Below, piece by piece: positions 17,089 to 25,754 of a stretch of 64,000 nucleotides of DNA (position 1 is its first letter; each line of letters begins with the position of its first letter). Made by a program: the position numbers and the translations under genes. This DNA is from Thermoplasmatota archaeon (GTDB taxonomy: Archaea > Thermoplasmatota > Thermoplasmata > Lutacidiplasmatales > UBA184), in the NCBI GenBank assembly GCA_036781185.1, contig DAIQBL010000001.1, positions 23,369 through 87,368 of the forward strand, read 5' to 3'. A model generated the notes under the pieces. It was not told the origin of the DNA and searched no databases. It saw only the letters and a list, made by a program, of their open reading frames with translations.

Positions 17089-17742
17089 CTAAGACGGCTT
17101 GGTTCGCGACTTCCGCTTCGGGGGAGTCGCGGCGGGAACCGGGTCCGGCGGAGTGGCGCTCGGGGGAGCGGGGGCTGGGCCGACGGCCGCCGCCGCCGGG
17201 GCCGCGGGACGCTCGAACAGCCGCCGGAACGTCTCGAAGTGGGGAATGAACCGGTCGGCCCGGCGCCGCTCCTCGAGCTCGCCCAGGGAGATCTCGAGCA
17301 GCGCCTTCGTTTTCGGGTCGCCGTCGCGCGCCTTCACGAGGTAGACGCAAAGGAGCTGGTACTGCGGCAGGACGTAGGCGTCGGTTCGCGGCGTGCTCAT
17401 GTCGCCCTTCCGAGGCCGGTACACCTTCTCGAGCGGGACCCGTTCGGCGACGGCCCGCCGGTGCGAGAAGCCGAAGTACCGTCCTGGGCCGACGACGCGG
17501 GTCACGTCGCGGACCGAACCGTTGAACGCGTTCTGCAGCCGGTCGGACTCGTGCCAGAGCCACAGGCCGAACCCGTAGTCCCCCTCCTGGTACGCCTCCC
17601 ACGCGCGGCCGTAGAGCGCGGCCTCCTTGGCCTCGTGCGGGAGCGCGGGGTCGAGCTCGCTCCGCCAGTCGGAGACGAGGACGTCCACGCGCATCGTCGG
17701 GGAGAACGTCTTGAACGTCGGCACCCCCTCCGGCTCGGCCAT
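17089..17742 (-). CDS. Hypothetical protein with Lys/Arg/Pro-rich C-terminal tail
   Basis: 217 aa of normal composition (YGFGLWLWHESDRLQNAF...PQYQLLCVYLVKARDGDPKTKALLEIS), ending PPKRKSRTKPS. I do not recognise a family. Confidence 0.5.
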   Translation of the reverse strand: MAEPEGVPTFKTFSPTMRVDVLVSDWRSELDPALPHEAKEAALYGRAWEAYQEGDYGFGLWLWHESDRLQNAFNGSVRDVTRVVGPGRYFGFSHRRAVAERVPLEKVYRPRKGDMSTPRTDAYVLPQYQLLCVYLVKARDGDPKTKALLEISLGELEERRRADRFIPHFETFRRLFERPAAPAAAAVGPAPAPPSATPPDPVPAATPPKRKSRTKPS

Positions 17743-17767
17743 CGGGCGATAGCACGTCGCGAGGCTC

Positions 17768-19306
17768 TTATCGTTCGCCGGCGCCGCGGCGGCGTCCGAC
17801 CCGCGCGCCCTCCCGCCAGACTCGGCGGACCCGGCTCGCCCCGGCGGACGCGACTCGGGTGAGGTCTAGGCCCCCGCATTCGACGAGGTCCGCGACCCCG
17901 CCGACCTCGAGGCTCCCGAGACCGGGCCAGCCGAGCACGGCGGCGGCGTTCTCCGAGTACATCCGGATCGCCGACGCGGCATCGACGGACTCGGGCGCCC
18001 CGGTCCGTCGCGGGGCCATCGCGGCCGCGATCCCCACCCACGGGTCGAGCGGTTCGACCGGCGCGTCGCTCGAGGCGACCGGGGCGTGGCCGTGGGCGAG
18101 GAGTGTCCGGAACGGGTACGTATAGCGCGCCCGCCGGGCCCCGAGCCGGTCGACGATCCACGCGTCGCTCGGGACGAATCCGGGTTGGACGACGAGGTGG
18201 GGGCGGACCCGGTCGAGCCGGGCGAGGAGGTCGGGGGGGATTAGCGAGGCGTGTTCGACGCGCGGTCGGATGGTCGGGCGGCTTCGGGCGAACACTCGCA
18301 GGGCGCCGAGGAGGGCCCGGTCGCCGATGGCGTGCACCGCGAGCCCGGCGCCCAGTCGTTCGGCTTCGACCGCGAGCTCGGTCAGGGCCTCCTCCGACAG
18401 GAGCCGGAAACCGGACTCCTTCGGCCGGTCGCGGTACGGGGTCCGCAGCCACGCCGTTCGCGGTCCGAACGCCCCGTCGGCGACGACCTTGAGGCCTACG
18501 AGCCTCGTCGAGCCGGTCGCGGCGCGCCTCCGGAGCGCGACGAACCTCCCGTGGGCCTCCGCCCGCAGGTAGATCGCGAGACGCGCCGGCAGCCGGCGGC
18601 GGCGGGCGATGCGGCCGAGCGCCTCGGCTTCCGAGGCGGAGGCGCTCATCGGAGCCAGCGTCGTCAGGCCGAACGACGCGGCGCGGTCGAGGAGCCGTTC
18701 GAGTTCGCGGGCGGTCGGGGGGAACGCCCGTTCGCTCCACGGTCTGAGCGACTCGAGGGCGTTGTCGAACAGGAGCCCGTTGGGTCGGCCGGTCGCGTCG
18801 CGTCCGATCCGTCCTCCCGGCGGGTCGGGGGTGTCGCCGTCGATTCCGACCTCGGCGAGCACGCCCTCGCTGACCAATGAGGCGTGCCGGCACACCCTCT
18901 CGAGAACGACCGGCCGGTCGGGCGCCCAGCGTTGCAGGTCGATGGCCGTCGGGTATCGGCGCTCTCGGAGCCGCTCCTGGTCCCAGCCGGCCCCGACGAC
19001 CGGTCCGTTCGGGTGGCGGACGGACCAAGCCCGGAGCTTCCGGCCCATCTCGACGATCGACCGGCATCCGGTCAGATCGAGCGTTACGGAGGCCCGCGCG
19101 AGCGCGGACAGGTGGAGGTGGGAGTCGGTCAGCCCGGGGACCGCGAGGCGACCACCCAGGTCGACCCGCTCGGCGCCCGTAGCAGTCGATCGCCGGACCG
19201 TCCGAAATCGCCCCGAGGCGACGACCCGACCGTCCTCGGCGGAGACCGCTTCGACGAGGCGCCGGCCCGTGAAGATCCGCCCGCGGACCCAGGTGATCGC
19301 CGGCAC
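17768..19306 (-). CDS. Metal-dependent amidohydrolase (amidohydrolase-3 / COG1574-like)
   Basis: N-terminal TDSHLHL metal-binding motif, VHAIGD, HASLIPPD and SDAPVEP (terminal Asp). Confidence 0.75.
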   Translation of the reverse strand: MPAITWVRGRIFTGRRLVEAVSAEDGRVVASGRFRTVRRSTATGAERVDLGGRLAVPGLTDSHLHLSALARASVTLDLTGCRSIVEMGRKLRAWSVRHPNGPVVGAGWDQERLRERRYPTAIDLQRWAPDRPVVLERVCRHASLVSEGVLAEVGIDGDTPDPPGGRIGRDATGRPNGLLFDNALESLRPWSERAFPPTARELERLLDRAASFGLTTLAPMSASASEAEALGRIARRRRLPARLAIYLRAEAHGRFVALRRRAATGSTRLVGLKVVADGAFGPRTAWLRTPYRDRPKESGFRLLSEEALTELAVEAERLGAGLAVHAIGDRALLGALRVFARSRPTIRPRVEHASLIPPDLLARLDRVRPHLVVQPGFVPSDAWIVDRLGARRARYTYPFRTLLAHGHAPVASSDAPVEPLDPWVGIAAAMAPRRTGAPESVDAASAIRMYSENAAAVLGWPGLGSLEVGGVADLVECGGLDLTRVASAGASRVRRVWREGARVGRRRGAGER

Positions 19307-19328
19307 CCGTCGCCTCCGGACGCCGGGG

Positions 19329-21770
19329 CTACGGACCCGCCGGAGGGGCGAGCGCCGGCGGGTCCGTCGGGCCGTCGGCCGGCGGCTCCGATGGTCCGCT
19401 CTCGGGCGGTCGCCGGCGACGCGACCGGGCGTACAGGGCGATGGCGGCCGCCGCGAGGATCAGGATCCCGCTCAGCACGAGCGGGTTCAGCAGGAACCCC
19501 GTGAGCGAGGAGACGAACGGCGCGACCGTGACGTTCACGGACCGGACCGCGGATCCCCCGGCGCTGTCGTTCCACCACGCGGTGGCGGTGAACGTGCCCG
19601 AGGATCCGTACGAGTGATTCGGGTCGAGCCCGGTGCCGACGTGCCCGTCGCCGAACGTCCAGTTCATCGTCCCGGGGGGTACGCCGCCCGCGACGGTGGC
19701 GGCGAACCCGACCGTACCTCCGGCCGTCGGGATTGCGGGGGAGGTGGAGATCGCCGATACGGTCGGGAACGACGCGACAGAGACCGTCGCGGCTCCGTTT
19801 GCCGAACCGCCGCCCGAGTCGGCGAGCGAGACCGAGACGGCCCGCACGGCCGGCGCCCCCCCGAACGAATGGCTGGGTCCGGGTCCGAACCCGTCGCTCC
19901 CGTCGCCGAACTCCCACGTGAAGTTGAACGGTCCCGTGCCTCCGGTGACCCGGGCGAGGAGCGAGGTGGACACCCCGGAGTCGGCGACCGCCCGTCCGTT
20001 CACGACATACTCCGGGACGATCGCCACCGCGGGGTCTGGGGCGACGGAGACGTTCACGGACCCTTCTGTCCGGAGCCCGAGCGCATCGACGACGCTCGCG
20101 ACGACGGTCTGGTTCCCCGCGGCCGGGAACGTATGGACGACCGACGCGCCGTACTCGACCGGCCCGGCGCCGAAGTTCCAGGTGATGTTGAACGGGGTCG
20201 TCCCGTTGCCGAGGACCGGCGCGGCGGTGAACGTGTCCGAAGCGCCCACGTCGACGCCGGGATAGAGGACGACGATCGTCACGGCCGGCCCGGCGTGGAC
20301 GATCAGCTGGAGGTCGTGGACGTTCGCCGAACCGTTCGGGTCGATGACGGCGACGGTGACGTTCTCCACCCCCGGCTGCAGGTAGGTGTGCGGGATCAGG
20401 CCCGGGGTCGACCGGACGGACGTGCCGTCCCCCCAGAGGACCCGGATGGTGGCGTTCACCGAGCCGACGGCGGAGACGTTGAGGTCGACGGGACGACCGA
20501 CCTCCGGCGTCGAGGGGACGACCCCGACGTTCAGGTCGGGCACGGCGGAGTACGTCCACGTCGCGTTCGTGACCAATCCCGACGCGGTCGCTCCGCCGAC
20601 GGAGATCGGGTTGAGACCGGAAGAGTTCGAGGCGAGGGCGGCTCCCGAGACACCGGTCCCGGCTCCCGGAACGGGTCCGGTCCAGTTGCACGGGGCGCTC
20701 GGCCCACGGCAGACGAGCGCGTAGGTCGAGTTCGACAGCGCGCCGGCGGGGGAGGTGGTGCCGCCGGTGAGAAGGAGCTCGCCGAGCGCCGGGTCCCACG
20801 TGAGGGAGCCTCCGACCCGGCCGGCCGGCACGACCCCTCCGAACGAGCTCGTGACGTTGGTCCAGGTTCCGGCGCCGTACGTCCAGCTGTCCGACTCCGT
20901 GCAGTTCGTTGAGCCGCACCGGGCATTTCCTCCGAACAGCACGAGCGCCTGCAGGGTCGGGTCGTACGCCATCGCCGCCCCCGCCCGGGCGGAGGGTGCG
21001 CCGAACGGAGGAAAGCCGGACTCGAGGAGCCAATGGCCCGACGTGCCGTTGAACCACCACGTCTCGTTGTCGAACGCCGTGCACCCGAGGAACGCGAAGC
21101 AGCCGCCGAACAACACCGAGGCGTTGACGGACCGATTGGCGTCGAAGGCGAAGCTCGACTCGCTTTGGGGATTGAGGCAGGCGGCGGCGTTCGTCGCACA
21201 GGGGGACCCGATCGGGCTCCACCGTCCGTGGGCGAACTCCCAGGTGTCGTTCGAGAACCGGTTCCCGACGCCGCCCCCGTTCCCGTCCACGTGTCCGCCG
21301 AACAGCACGATCGCGCCGGCGAGCGGGTCGTAGTCGATCATCGCCTCGGAACGGGAGGCCGGAGACCGAAATCCGAGGCCGGTCAGATTGCTCGTATCGT
21401 CGACCCAGCTCGAGTTGCGGTACAGCCACGTCTGATTGGACGCGCAGCCCGACGCGAGGCAACCGCCGAACCAGACCGCCTCCTGGTCGGCGAAGTCGTA
21501 GGCCATCGACGCCCCCGTGCTCGCCGGGGGCAGGTCTCCGAACTGCTCGGTCGTCACGTTCTGCCAACCGACCGCCGCGCCGGCGCCCCGAACCACGGTG
21601 CGGTCTTGACCCAGGCAGCCCCGGCAGCTCGTCGGGGTCACGCGCCCATTCGCCGCGGAGGTGGGGGACGATGGGGCGAAGGTGCTCAGCAGGCCCGGCG
21701 CCACGAGGAGGAGGAAGACGATCCCGGCGGCGACAAGCCCGGCGAGAGCGGAGCGGCGGGCCGCGGCCAT
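19329..21770 (-). CDS. Large cell-surface glycoprotein: Kelch beta-propeller plus PKD domains, C-terminal TM anchor
   Basis: Starts MAAARRSALAGLVAAGIVFLLLVAPG (signal). Kelch-like LFGG/WFGG blades, PKD-like motifs NITWNFGAG, NFTWEFGDGS and NWTFGDGHVG, very many N-x-S/T sequons, and a C-terminal LVLSGILILAAAAIALYARSRRRR anchor. The track's N-terminal 367 aa is out-of-frame junk. Confidence 0.65.
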   Translation of the reverse strand: MAAARRSALAGLVAAGIVFLLLVAPGLLSTFAPSSPTSAANGRVTPTSCRGCLGQDRTVVRGAGAAVGWQNVTTEQFGDLPPASTGASMAYDFADQEAVWFGGCLASGCASNQTWLYRNSSWVDDTSNLTGLGFRSPASRSEAMIDYDPLAGAIVLFGGHVDGNGGGVGNRFSNDTWEFAHGRWSPIGSPCATNAAACLNPQSESSFAFDANRSVNASVLFGGCFAFLGCTAFDNETWWFNGTSGHWLLESGFPPFGAPSARAGAAMAYDPTLQALVLFGGNARCGSTNCTESDSWTYGAGTWTNVTSSFGGVVPAGRVGGSLTWDPALGELLLTGGTTSPAGALSNSTYALVCRGPSAPCNWTGPVPGAGTGVSGAALASNSSGLNPISVGGATASGLVTNATWTYSAVPDLNVGVVPSTPEVGRPVDLNVSAVGSVNATIRVLWGDGTSVRSTPGLIPHTYLQPGVENVTVAVIDPNGSANVHDLQLIVHAGPAVTIVVLYPGVDVGASDTFTAAPVLGNGTTPFNITWNFGAGPVEYGASVVHTFPAAGNQTVVASVVDALGLRTEGSVNVSVAPDPAVAIVPEYVVNGRAVADSGVSTSLLARVTGGTGPFNFTWEFGDGSDGFGPGPSHSFGGAPAVRAVSVSLADSGGGSANGAATVSVASFPTVSAISTSPAIPTAGGTVGFAATVAGGVPPGTMNWTFGDGHVGTGLDPNHSYGSSGTFTATAWWNDSAGGSAVRSVNVTVAPFVSSLTGFLLNPLVLSGILILAAAAIALYARSRRRRPPESGPSEPPADGPTDPPALAPPAGP

Positions 21771-21823
21771 CCGCCGGTCGAGCGGGTGGCCGCCCTTAAG
21801 GGGTTTCGCGACCGGATTCTTCC

Positions 21824-23350
21824 CTAGACGTCGAGGTACCGGTAGAACTCGTACGGGTGGGGCCGCAGGTTGAGCTGCAGCTGCTCGTCGCGCTTGATCT
21901 CCCGGAACGAATCGAGCACTTCCGAGTCGATCACCGGCTTCAGGAAGGCGTCGTCCGAGCTCAAGCACTCGAGCGCCTCGCCGAGCGAACCCGGCAGCTC
22001 CCGGATCCCGAGCTCCTTCCGGCGACCCGGGGACAGCTTGTAGATGTCGGCGTCGACGGGCGGCGGGGGCTCGATCTTCCGCCGGATCCCGTCGAGGCCG
22101 GCCATCGAAAGCGCCGCCTCGGTGAGGTAGATGTTCGCGGCGGAGTCCGGCGTCCGGTATTCGACGCGCTTCGCCGCCATCCGTCCCTTGTGGTAGAACG
22201 GGATCCGGACGTTCGCCGACCGGTTCGACCGGCTCCACGCGATGAACACCGGGGCCTCGTACCCCGGAACCAGGCGCCGGTAGGAGTTCGTGGTCGGGTT
22301 CGTGATCGCGCAGAGCGCGCGGGCGTGGGTCAGGAGCCCGCCGACGTAGTACCGGCACGTCTGGCTGACCTCGGCGTAGGAGTCGTTCGGGTCGTAGAAC
22401 GTGTTCGACCCGCCACTCCACAGCGACTGGTTCATGTGCATCCCGATGCCGTTGTCGCCGAACACCGGCTTCGGCATGAACGAGGCGACCTTGCCGTGCT
22501 GGGCGGCGACGTTCTTGATCACGAACCGGACGTCCTGGACGTGGTCGGCCGCCGGGACGAGCTCGTCGAACCGGATGTTGATCTCGCCCTGACCGGCCGT
22601 CGCCACCTCGTGGTGGTGCGCGTCCATCCGGATGTGGAAGTCGTCGGCGAGGATGTTGCACACCTCGCTCCGCATCCCCTCGAGGATGTCGTGCGGCGCG
22701 GCGCGGTGATATCCTTCCTTGAACCGGATCGACCCGTGGCCGTCCGCCGCGGCCCACGGAGCTTCCGCGCTCTCGATCAGGTATCCCGAGCCGCCCCAGG
22801 CGTCGCGGACCGAGTCCGCCGAGGGGAGGAGCTTGACCGAGTCGAAGACGAAGAACTCGATCTCGGGCCCCCAATAGGACAGGTCGTATCCCGCGTCGGC
22901 GAGGACGGTGTTGGTCCGCCGCGCGATGCCGCGGGGGTCGTGGCTGTACGCCTCCTTCGACGCACCGGTGAGGATGTCGCAGATGAACCGGGCCGTCCCG
23001 CCGTGCTCCGCGCCCCAGGGGACGACGCCGAAGGTCGAGGGGTCGGGCAGAAGGATCATGTCGGATTCAAAGATCTCCCGGAACCCGCGGACCGACGAAC
23101 CGTCGAGCTTCGGGATCCCGCCGACGAACGAGTCCTCGTCGAGCGTGTCCGTGGGGAGGTGGATGTGGTTGAACCCGCCGAGGAGGTCGGTGTAGAACAG
23201 CTCGACCCAGCGGAGCTTCCGCGCCCGGATCTCCTCCAGCACGCGCACGCCGTGTTCGGCCCTCGATACTCCCGGCACGCCCGCTACCGCCGACCGTTCC
23301 GCGACCGCCATCCGACGCCCCTCGGCGCTCGGGACGAAGCCCCGGTACAT
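21824..23350 (-). CDS. glnA: Glutamine synthetase, type I
   Basis: KPVFGDNGIGMHMNQSLW, NPTTNSYRRLVPGYEAP and SRSNRSANVRIP are unambiguous GS-I signatures. Confidence 0.9.
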   Translation of the reverse strand: MYRGFVPSAEGRRMAVAERSAVAGVPGVSRAEHGVRVLEEIRARKLRWVELFYTDLLGGFNHIHLPTDTLDEDSFVGGIPKLDGSSVRGFREIFESDMILLPDPSTFGVVPWGAEHGGTARFICDILTGASKEAYSHDPRGIARRTNTVLADAGYDLSYWGPEIEFFVFDSVKLLPSADSVRDAWGGSGYLIESAEAPWAAADGHGSIRFKEGYHRAAPHDILEGMRSEVCNILADDFHIRMDAHHHEVATAGQGEINIRFDELVPAADHVQDVRFVIKNVAAQHGKVASFMPKPVFGDNGIGMHMNQSLWSGGSNTFYDPNDSYAEVSQTCRYYVGGLLTHARALCAITNPTTNSYRRLVPGYEAPVFIAWSRSNRSANVRIPFYHKGRMAAKRVEYRTPDSAANIYLTEAALSMAGLDGIRRKIEPPPPVDADIYKLSPGRRKELGIRELPGSLGEALECLSSDDAFLKPVIDSEVLDSFREIKRDEQLQLNLRPHPYEFYRYLDV

Positions 23351-23430
23351 GAACTCTTGGCCGCCAAAATTGGACGTGCGTCCAGAAATAATCGATAGGC
23401 TAATTAGTTCGTGCGCAATTACCGATATTC
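23351..23430. promoter_or_regulatory. Divergent glnA/lrp control region with AT-rich TATA-like elements and a GGACG-TG-CGTCC inverted repeat
   Basis: The only AT-rich stretch locally (aaataatcgataggctaattagttcgtgcgcaattaccgatattc). A 5-2-5 palindrome ggacgtgcgtcc sits about 60 bp upstream of the lrp ATG. Confidence 0.4.
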
Positions 23431-23925
23431 ATGGGACGGACGTCCAGCCTCGACGGGCTCGACCGCGGCATCCTCGAGGAGCTCAACGTCGACGCGCGCC
23501 GCAGCCACCGCGAGATCGCGGAGCACCTGAAGGTCTCCCCGACGACCGTCGGGCTGCGGATCGAGCGGATGGAGCGCGACGGCATCATCCGCGGCTACGT
23601 GCCGCTGCTCGACGATGAGGCGCTCGGCTGGGAGCTCTCGGCCACCATCGGCATCCGGATCTCGAAGGGGAAGCTCCGGGAGGTCGAGGAGCGTCTCGGC
23701 AAGGACCCGCGGGCGTACGCGATCTACGACGTCACCGGCGACTTCGACGCGCTCCTCATCGGCCGGTTCCGCGACCGCCGGGACCTCGACCGGTTCGTCA
23801 AGCACGCCCTCCAGGACCCCCAGGTGGAGCGGACCAATACTCAGGTCGTGCTCAACCGGGTGAAGGAGGACCGCCGAGTGCCCATTCTCGGCCGCTCATC
23901 GGACCGCCCGGCGGGAAACGCATAA
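23431..23925 (+). CDS. lrp: Lrp/AsnC-family transcriptional regulator
   Basis: LDGLDRGILEELNVDARRSHREIAEHLKVSPTTVGLRIERMERDGII (HTH) plus a C-terminal RAM domain. It is divergent from glnA. Confidence 0.85.
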   Translation: MGRTSSLDGLDRGILEELNVDARRSHREIAEHLKVSPTTVGLRIERMERDGIIRGYVPLLDDEALGWELSATIGIRISKGKLREVEERLGKDPRAYAIYDVTGDFDALLIGRFRDRRDLDRFVKHALQDPQVERTNTQVVLNRVKEDRRVPILGRSSDRPAGNA

Positions 23926-23959
23926 GAGGCGCCGCCCGGGTGGCCGGCCGAGGACGCCG

Positions 23960-24781
23960 ATGGACTGGGGACTGCGGAACCGGATCGCCCGGATGTTCCC
24001 GGCCGCGTCCGGGAACTCCGTGATGCTCGCCGTCGACCACGGCTACTTCATGGGCCCGACCCGGAACCTCGAGAACGCGGGCGCCACGATCCGCCCGCTC
24101 CTCGCTCACGCGGACGCCATCGCGCTCACCCGCGGCATCCTGCGGACGTCGGTGCCCCCGGACTCGATGACCCCGATCATCCTCCGTGTCTCCGGCGGCG
24201 CGACCATCCTGAAGGAGGACCTCTCCGACGAGAGGATCACCACCTCGATGGAGGAGGCCCTGCGCCTCAACGTCTCCGCGGTCGCGCTCTCCGTCTTTGT
24301 GGGGGCCCCGCACGAGCACCAGTCGCTCGCCAACCTCGCCGAGCTCGTCGACGACGGGGAATCGTGCGGGATGCCGGTACTCGCGATCACCGCGGTGGGG
24401 AAGGAGCTCGAGAAGCGGGACGCGCGGTACCTGGCGCTCGCCTGCCGGGTCTCGGCCGAGCTCGGGGCTCACCTCGTCAAGACGTACTACTGCGACGGGT
24501 TCTCGAAGGTCGTCGACGCCTGCCCGGTCCCGGTCGTCGTGGCCGGGGGGCCGAAGCTCGACACGGTCGAGGCGGCGTTCGCTCTCGCCCACGGCGCGAT
24601 CGCCGATGGGGCCCGGGGGATCGACATGGGCCGGAACATCTGGCAGTCCGAGCACCCGGTGGCGATGCTGAAGGCGCTCCGGGCGATCGTGCACGACGGG
24701 GCGACGGTGCGCGAGGCGATGCAGACGTTCACCGACGCGTCCACCCTACGGGCCCCCGTCGTGCCGACCGCCCCGGCGTGA
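23960..24781 (+). CDS. DhnA-type class I aldolase (archaeal fructose-bisphosphate aldolase FbaB / ADH synthase AroA'-like)
   Basis: SVMLAVDHGYFMG...RGIDMGRNIWQ and the Schiff-base Lys region LVKTYYCDG are typical of the archaeal class IA aldolase family. Sequence alone cannot separate FBP aldolase from AroA'. Confidence 0.7.
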   Translation: MDWGLRNRIARMFPAASGNSVMLAVDHGYFMGPTRNLENAGATIRPLLAHADAIALTRGILRTSVPPDSMTPIILRVSGGATILKEDLSDERITTSMEEALRLNVSAVALSVFVGAPHEHQSLANLAELVDDGESCGMPVLAITAVGKELEKRDARYLALACRVSAELGAHLVKTYYCDGFSKVVDACPVPVVVAGGPKLDTVEAAFALAHGAIADGARGIDMGRNIWQSEHPVAMLKALRAIVHDGATVREAMQTFTDASTLRAPVVPTAPA

Positions 24782-24833
24782 GCGCGGCGCGGGCGCAAGG
24801 TTTCATATCTCGCGGCCGGTAGAACCGGCCCGC

Positions 24834-24918
24834 GCGGGGATCGCCCAGCTTGGTCAAAGGCGCCAGATTCAGGGTCTGGTCTCGTAGGAGTTCGTGGGTT
24901 CAAATCCCTCTCCCCGCA
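24834..24918 (+). tRNA. tRNA-Leu (anticodon CAG), long variable arm
   Basis: Folded by hand. Acceptor GCGGGGA pairs with TCCCCGC. D-stem CGCC/GGCG. Anticodon stem CCAGA/TCTGG with loop TTCAGGG gives anticodon CAG. A 14-nt variable arm with a CTC/GAG stem. T-arm GTGGG-TTCAAAT-CCCTC with one U-U mismatch. Discriminator A; CCA is not encoded. TATA-like tttcatat lies about 28 bp upstream. Confidence 0.8.
24897..24918 (+). repeat. 22-nt direct repeat, copy 1 (3-prime end of tRNA-Leu): ggttcaaatccctctccccgca
   Basis: Copy 2 at 25601..25622 is an exact match. Confidence 0.8.
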
Positions 24919-25050
24919 GTTTCCTATTATTTCTAGCTGTGTCAATCGGTGAATGCTGAACCGAGCTTGCTACGGAGGCTACCCAGCTCGCAACGCGCTC
25001 CATTCATGCATATAGCAAGCTATATGGATGCCATAGACCATGGATCGGCC

Positions 25051-25287
25051 ATGATCACGACCATCCAGCTAACCCCGCAGACCCGCTCCCGCCTCGCCGA
25101 ACTGAAGCAGAGTCCTCGTGAGTCCTACGACGAAGTCCTCACCAAGCTTCTTGCCCTTATCCCGGAGGGGGATGAGGAGGGGGCGTACACTCAGCCGTTC
25201 CGCGTCGCCCTACTTCGCTCCCGATTGGAAATTCGCGACGGCCGGACACTCCCCCACGCTCAGCTCAAGCGACGGCTAGGCCTCTGA
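25051..25287 (+). CDS. Antitoxin, ribbon-helix-helix/CopG-like DNA-binding protein (78 aa)
   Basis: MITTIQLTPQTRSRLAELKQSPRESYDEVLTKLLALIPEGDEEG. Its stop overlaps the start of the downstream RelE-like ORF. The start was placed at the internal ATG; the track ORF begins at an upstream GTG. Confidence 0.55.
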   Translation: MITTIQLTPQTRSRLAELKQSPRESYDEVLTKLLALIPEGDEEGAYTQPFRVALLRSRLEIRDGRTLPHAQLKRRLGL

Positions 25288-25538
25288 AGGCTTGGTCCAT
25301 CGTCTGGTCGGAGACGGCGGCGCGCGATCTCTCGGGTCTCGACCTCCCGGTCGCGAGACGGGTGGTCCGGAAACTCGAAGAAGCCGCCACTGACCCCGAG
25401 CGGTACTTCGAACGACTGGTCGCCACCGAGGACTCGAAGCTTCGGATCGGGGATTATCGACTCTTGGCTCTGCTCGACCGTTCGACCCGCACGATCCTGA
25501 TTGAGCGAGTAGACCACCGATCCCGGGTGTACCGGTGA
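25284..25538 (+). CDS. RelE/ParE-family toxin (mRNA interferase); no canonical start codon, possibly CTG-initiated or a pseudogene
   Basis: Hand translation of the frame overlapping the antitoxin stop gives (L)KAWSIVWSETAARDLSGLDLPVARRVVRKLEEAATDPERYFERLVATEDSKLRIGDYRLLALLDRSTRTILIERVDHRSRVYR. This is the classic RelE/ParE pattern (W-x-I-x-W...RIGDYR...HR). There is no ATG/GTG/TTG in frame between the upstream stop (25173) and codon 60, which is why the ORF track omits it. Confidence 0.6.
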   Translation: MKAWSIVWSETAARDLSGLDLPVARRVVRKLEEAATDPERYFERLVATEDSKLRIGDYRLLALLDRSTRTILIERVDHRSRVYR

Positions 25539-25600
25539 CCAGTGGCGGAACCCTGGGTCGGGACACGAAGGCTCCGTGCCATGGAGTCAAGTTCGGGATT

Positions 25601-25622
25601 CGAACCGCCGGGCGGTTCAAAT
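25601..25622 (+). repeat. 22-nt direct repeat, copy 2 (putative attR), embedded in an inverted repeat
   Basis: Exact match to the tRNA-Leu 3-prime end. The upstream flank ggattcgaacc is the near-reverse-complement of ggttcaaatcc. Confidence 0.75.
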
Positions 25623-25754
25623 CCCTCTCCCCGCATCGTCCTGGTATTCCGGCTCTTCCAATTGGTACGCCCTGAACCGGGCCGGCCCTCGGAGCCGCCG
25701 ATCCGTCTCGAATGAGGGGTCGGGGCCTCGCGGAACGTCCTCGGCGGTCCGCGA

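Larger units (their letters stand above)
24919..25622 (+). mobile_element. Putative remnant of a tRNA-Leu-integrated element (att-flanked mini-cassette carrying a toxin-antitoxin pair); no integrase present
   Basis: The tRNA 3-prime end is duplicated 683 bp downstream; only the RHH antitoxin and RelE toxin ORFs lie between the copies. Copy 2 sits inside an imperfect palindrome, ggattcgaacc-gccgggc-ggttcaaatcc. Confidence 0.35.

Noticed and set aside
19129-21567. 812-aa minus ORF and 767-aa plus ORF (18609..20912) overlapping the surface glycoprotein gene
   Set aside because: Arg/Pro-rich alternate frames of the real gene 19329..21770. They have no recognisable motifs.
25560-25640. Possible second complete tRNA at the downstream repeat copy
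   Set aside because: Only the T-arm and acceptor 3-prime half are present. No matching 5-prime acceptor or anticodon arm lies upstream, so it is a partial att-like copy, not a tRNA gene.
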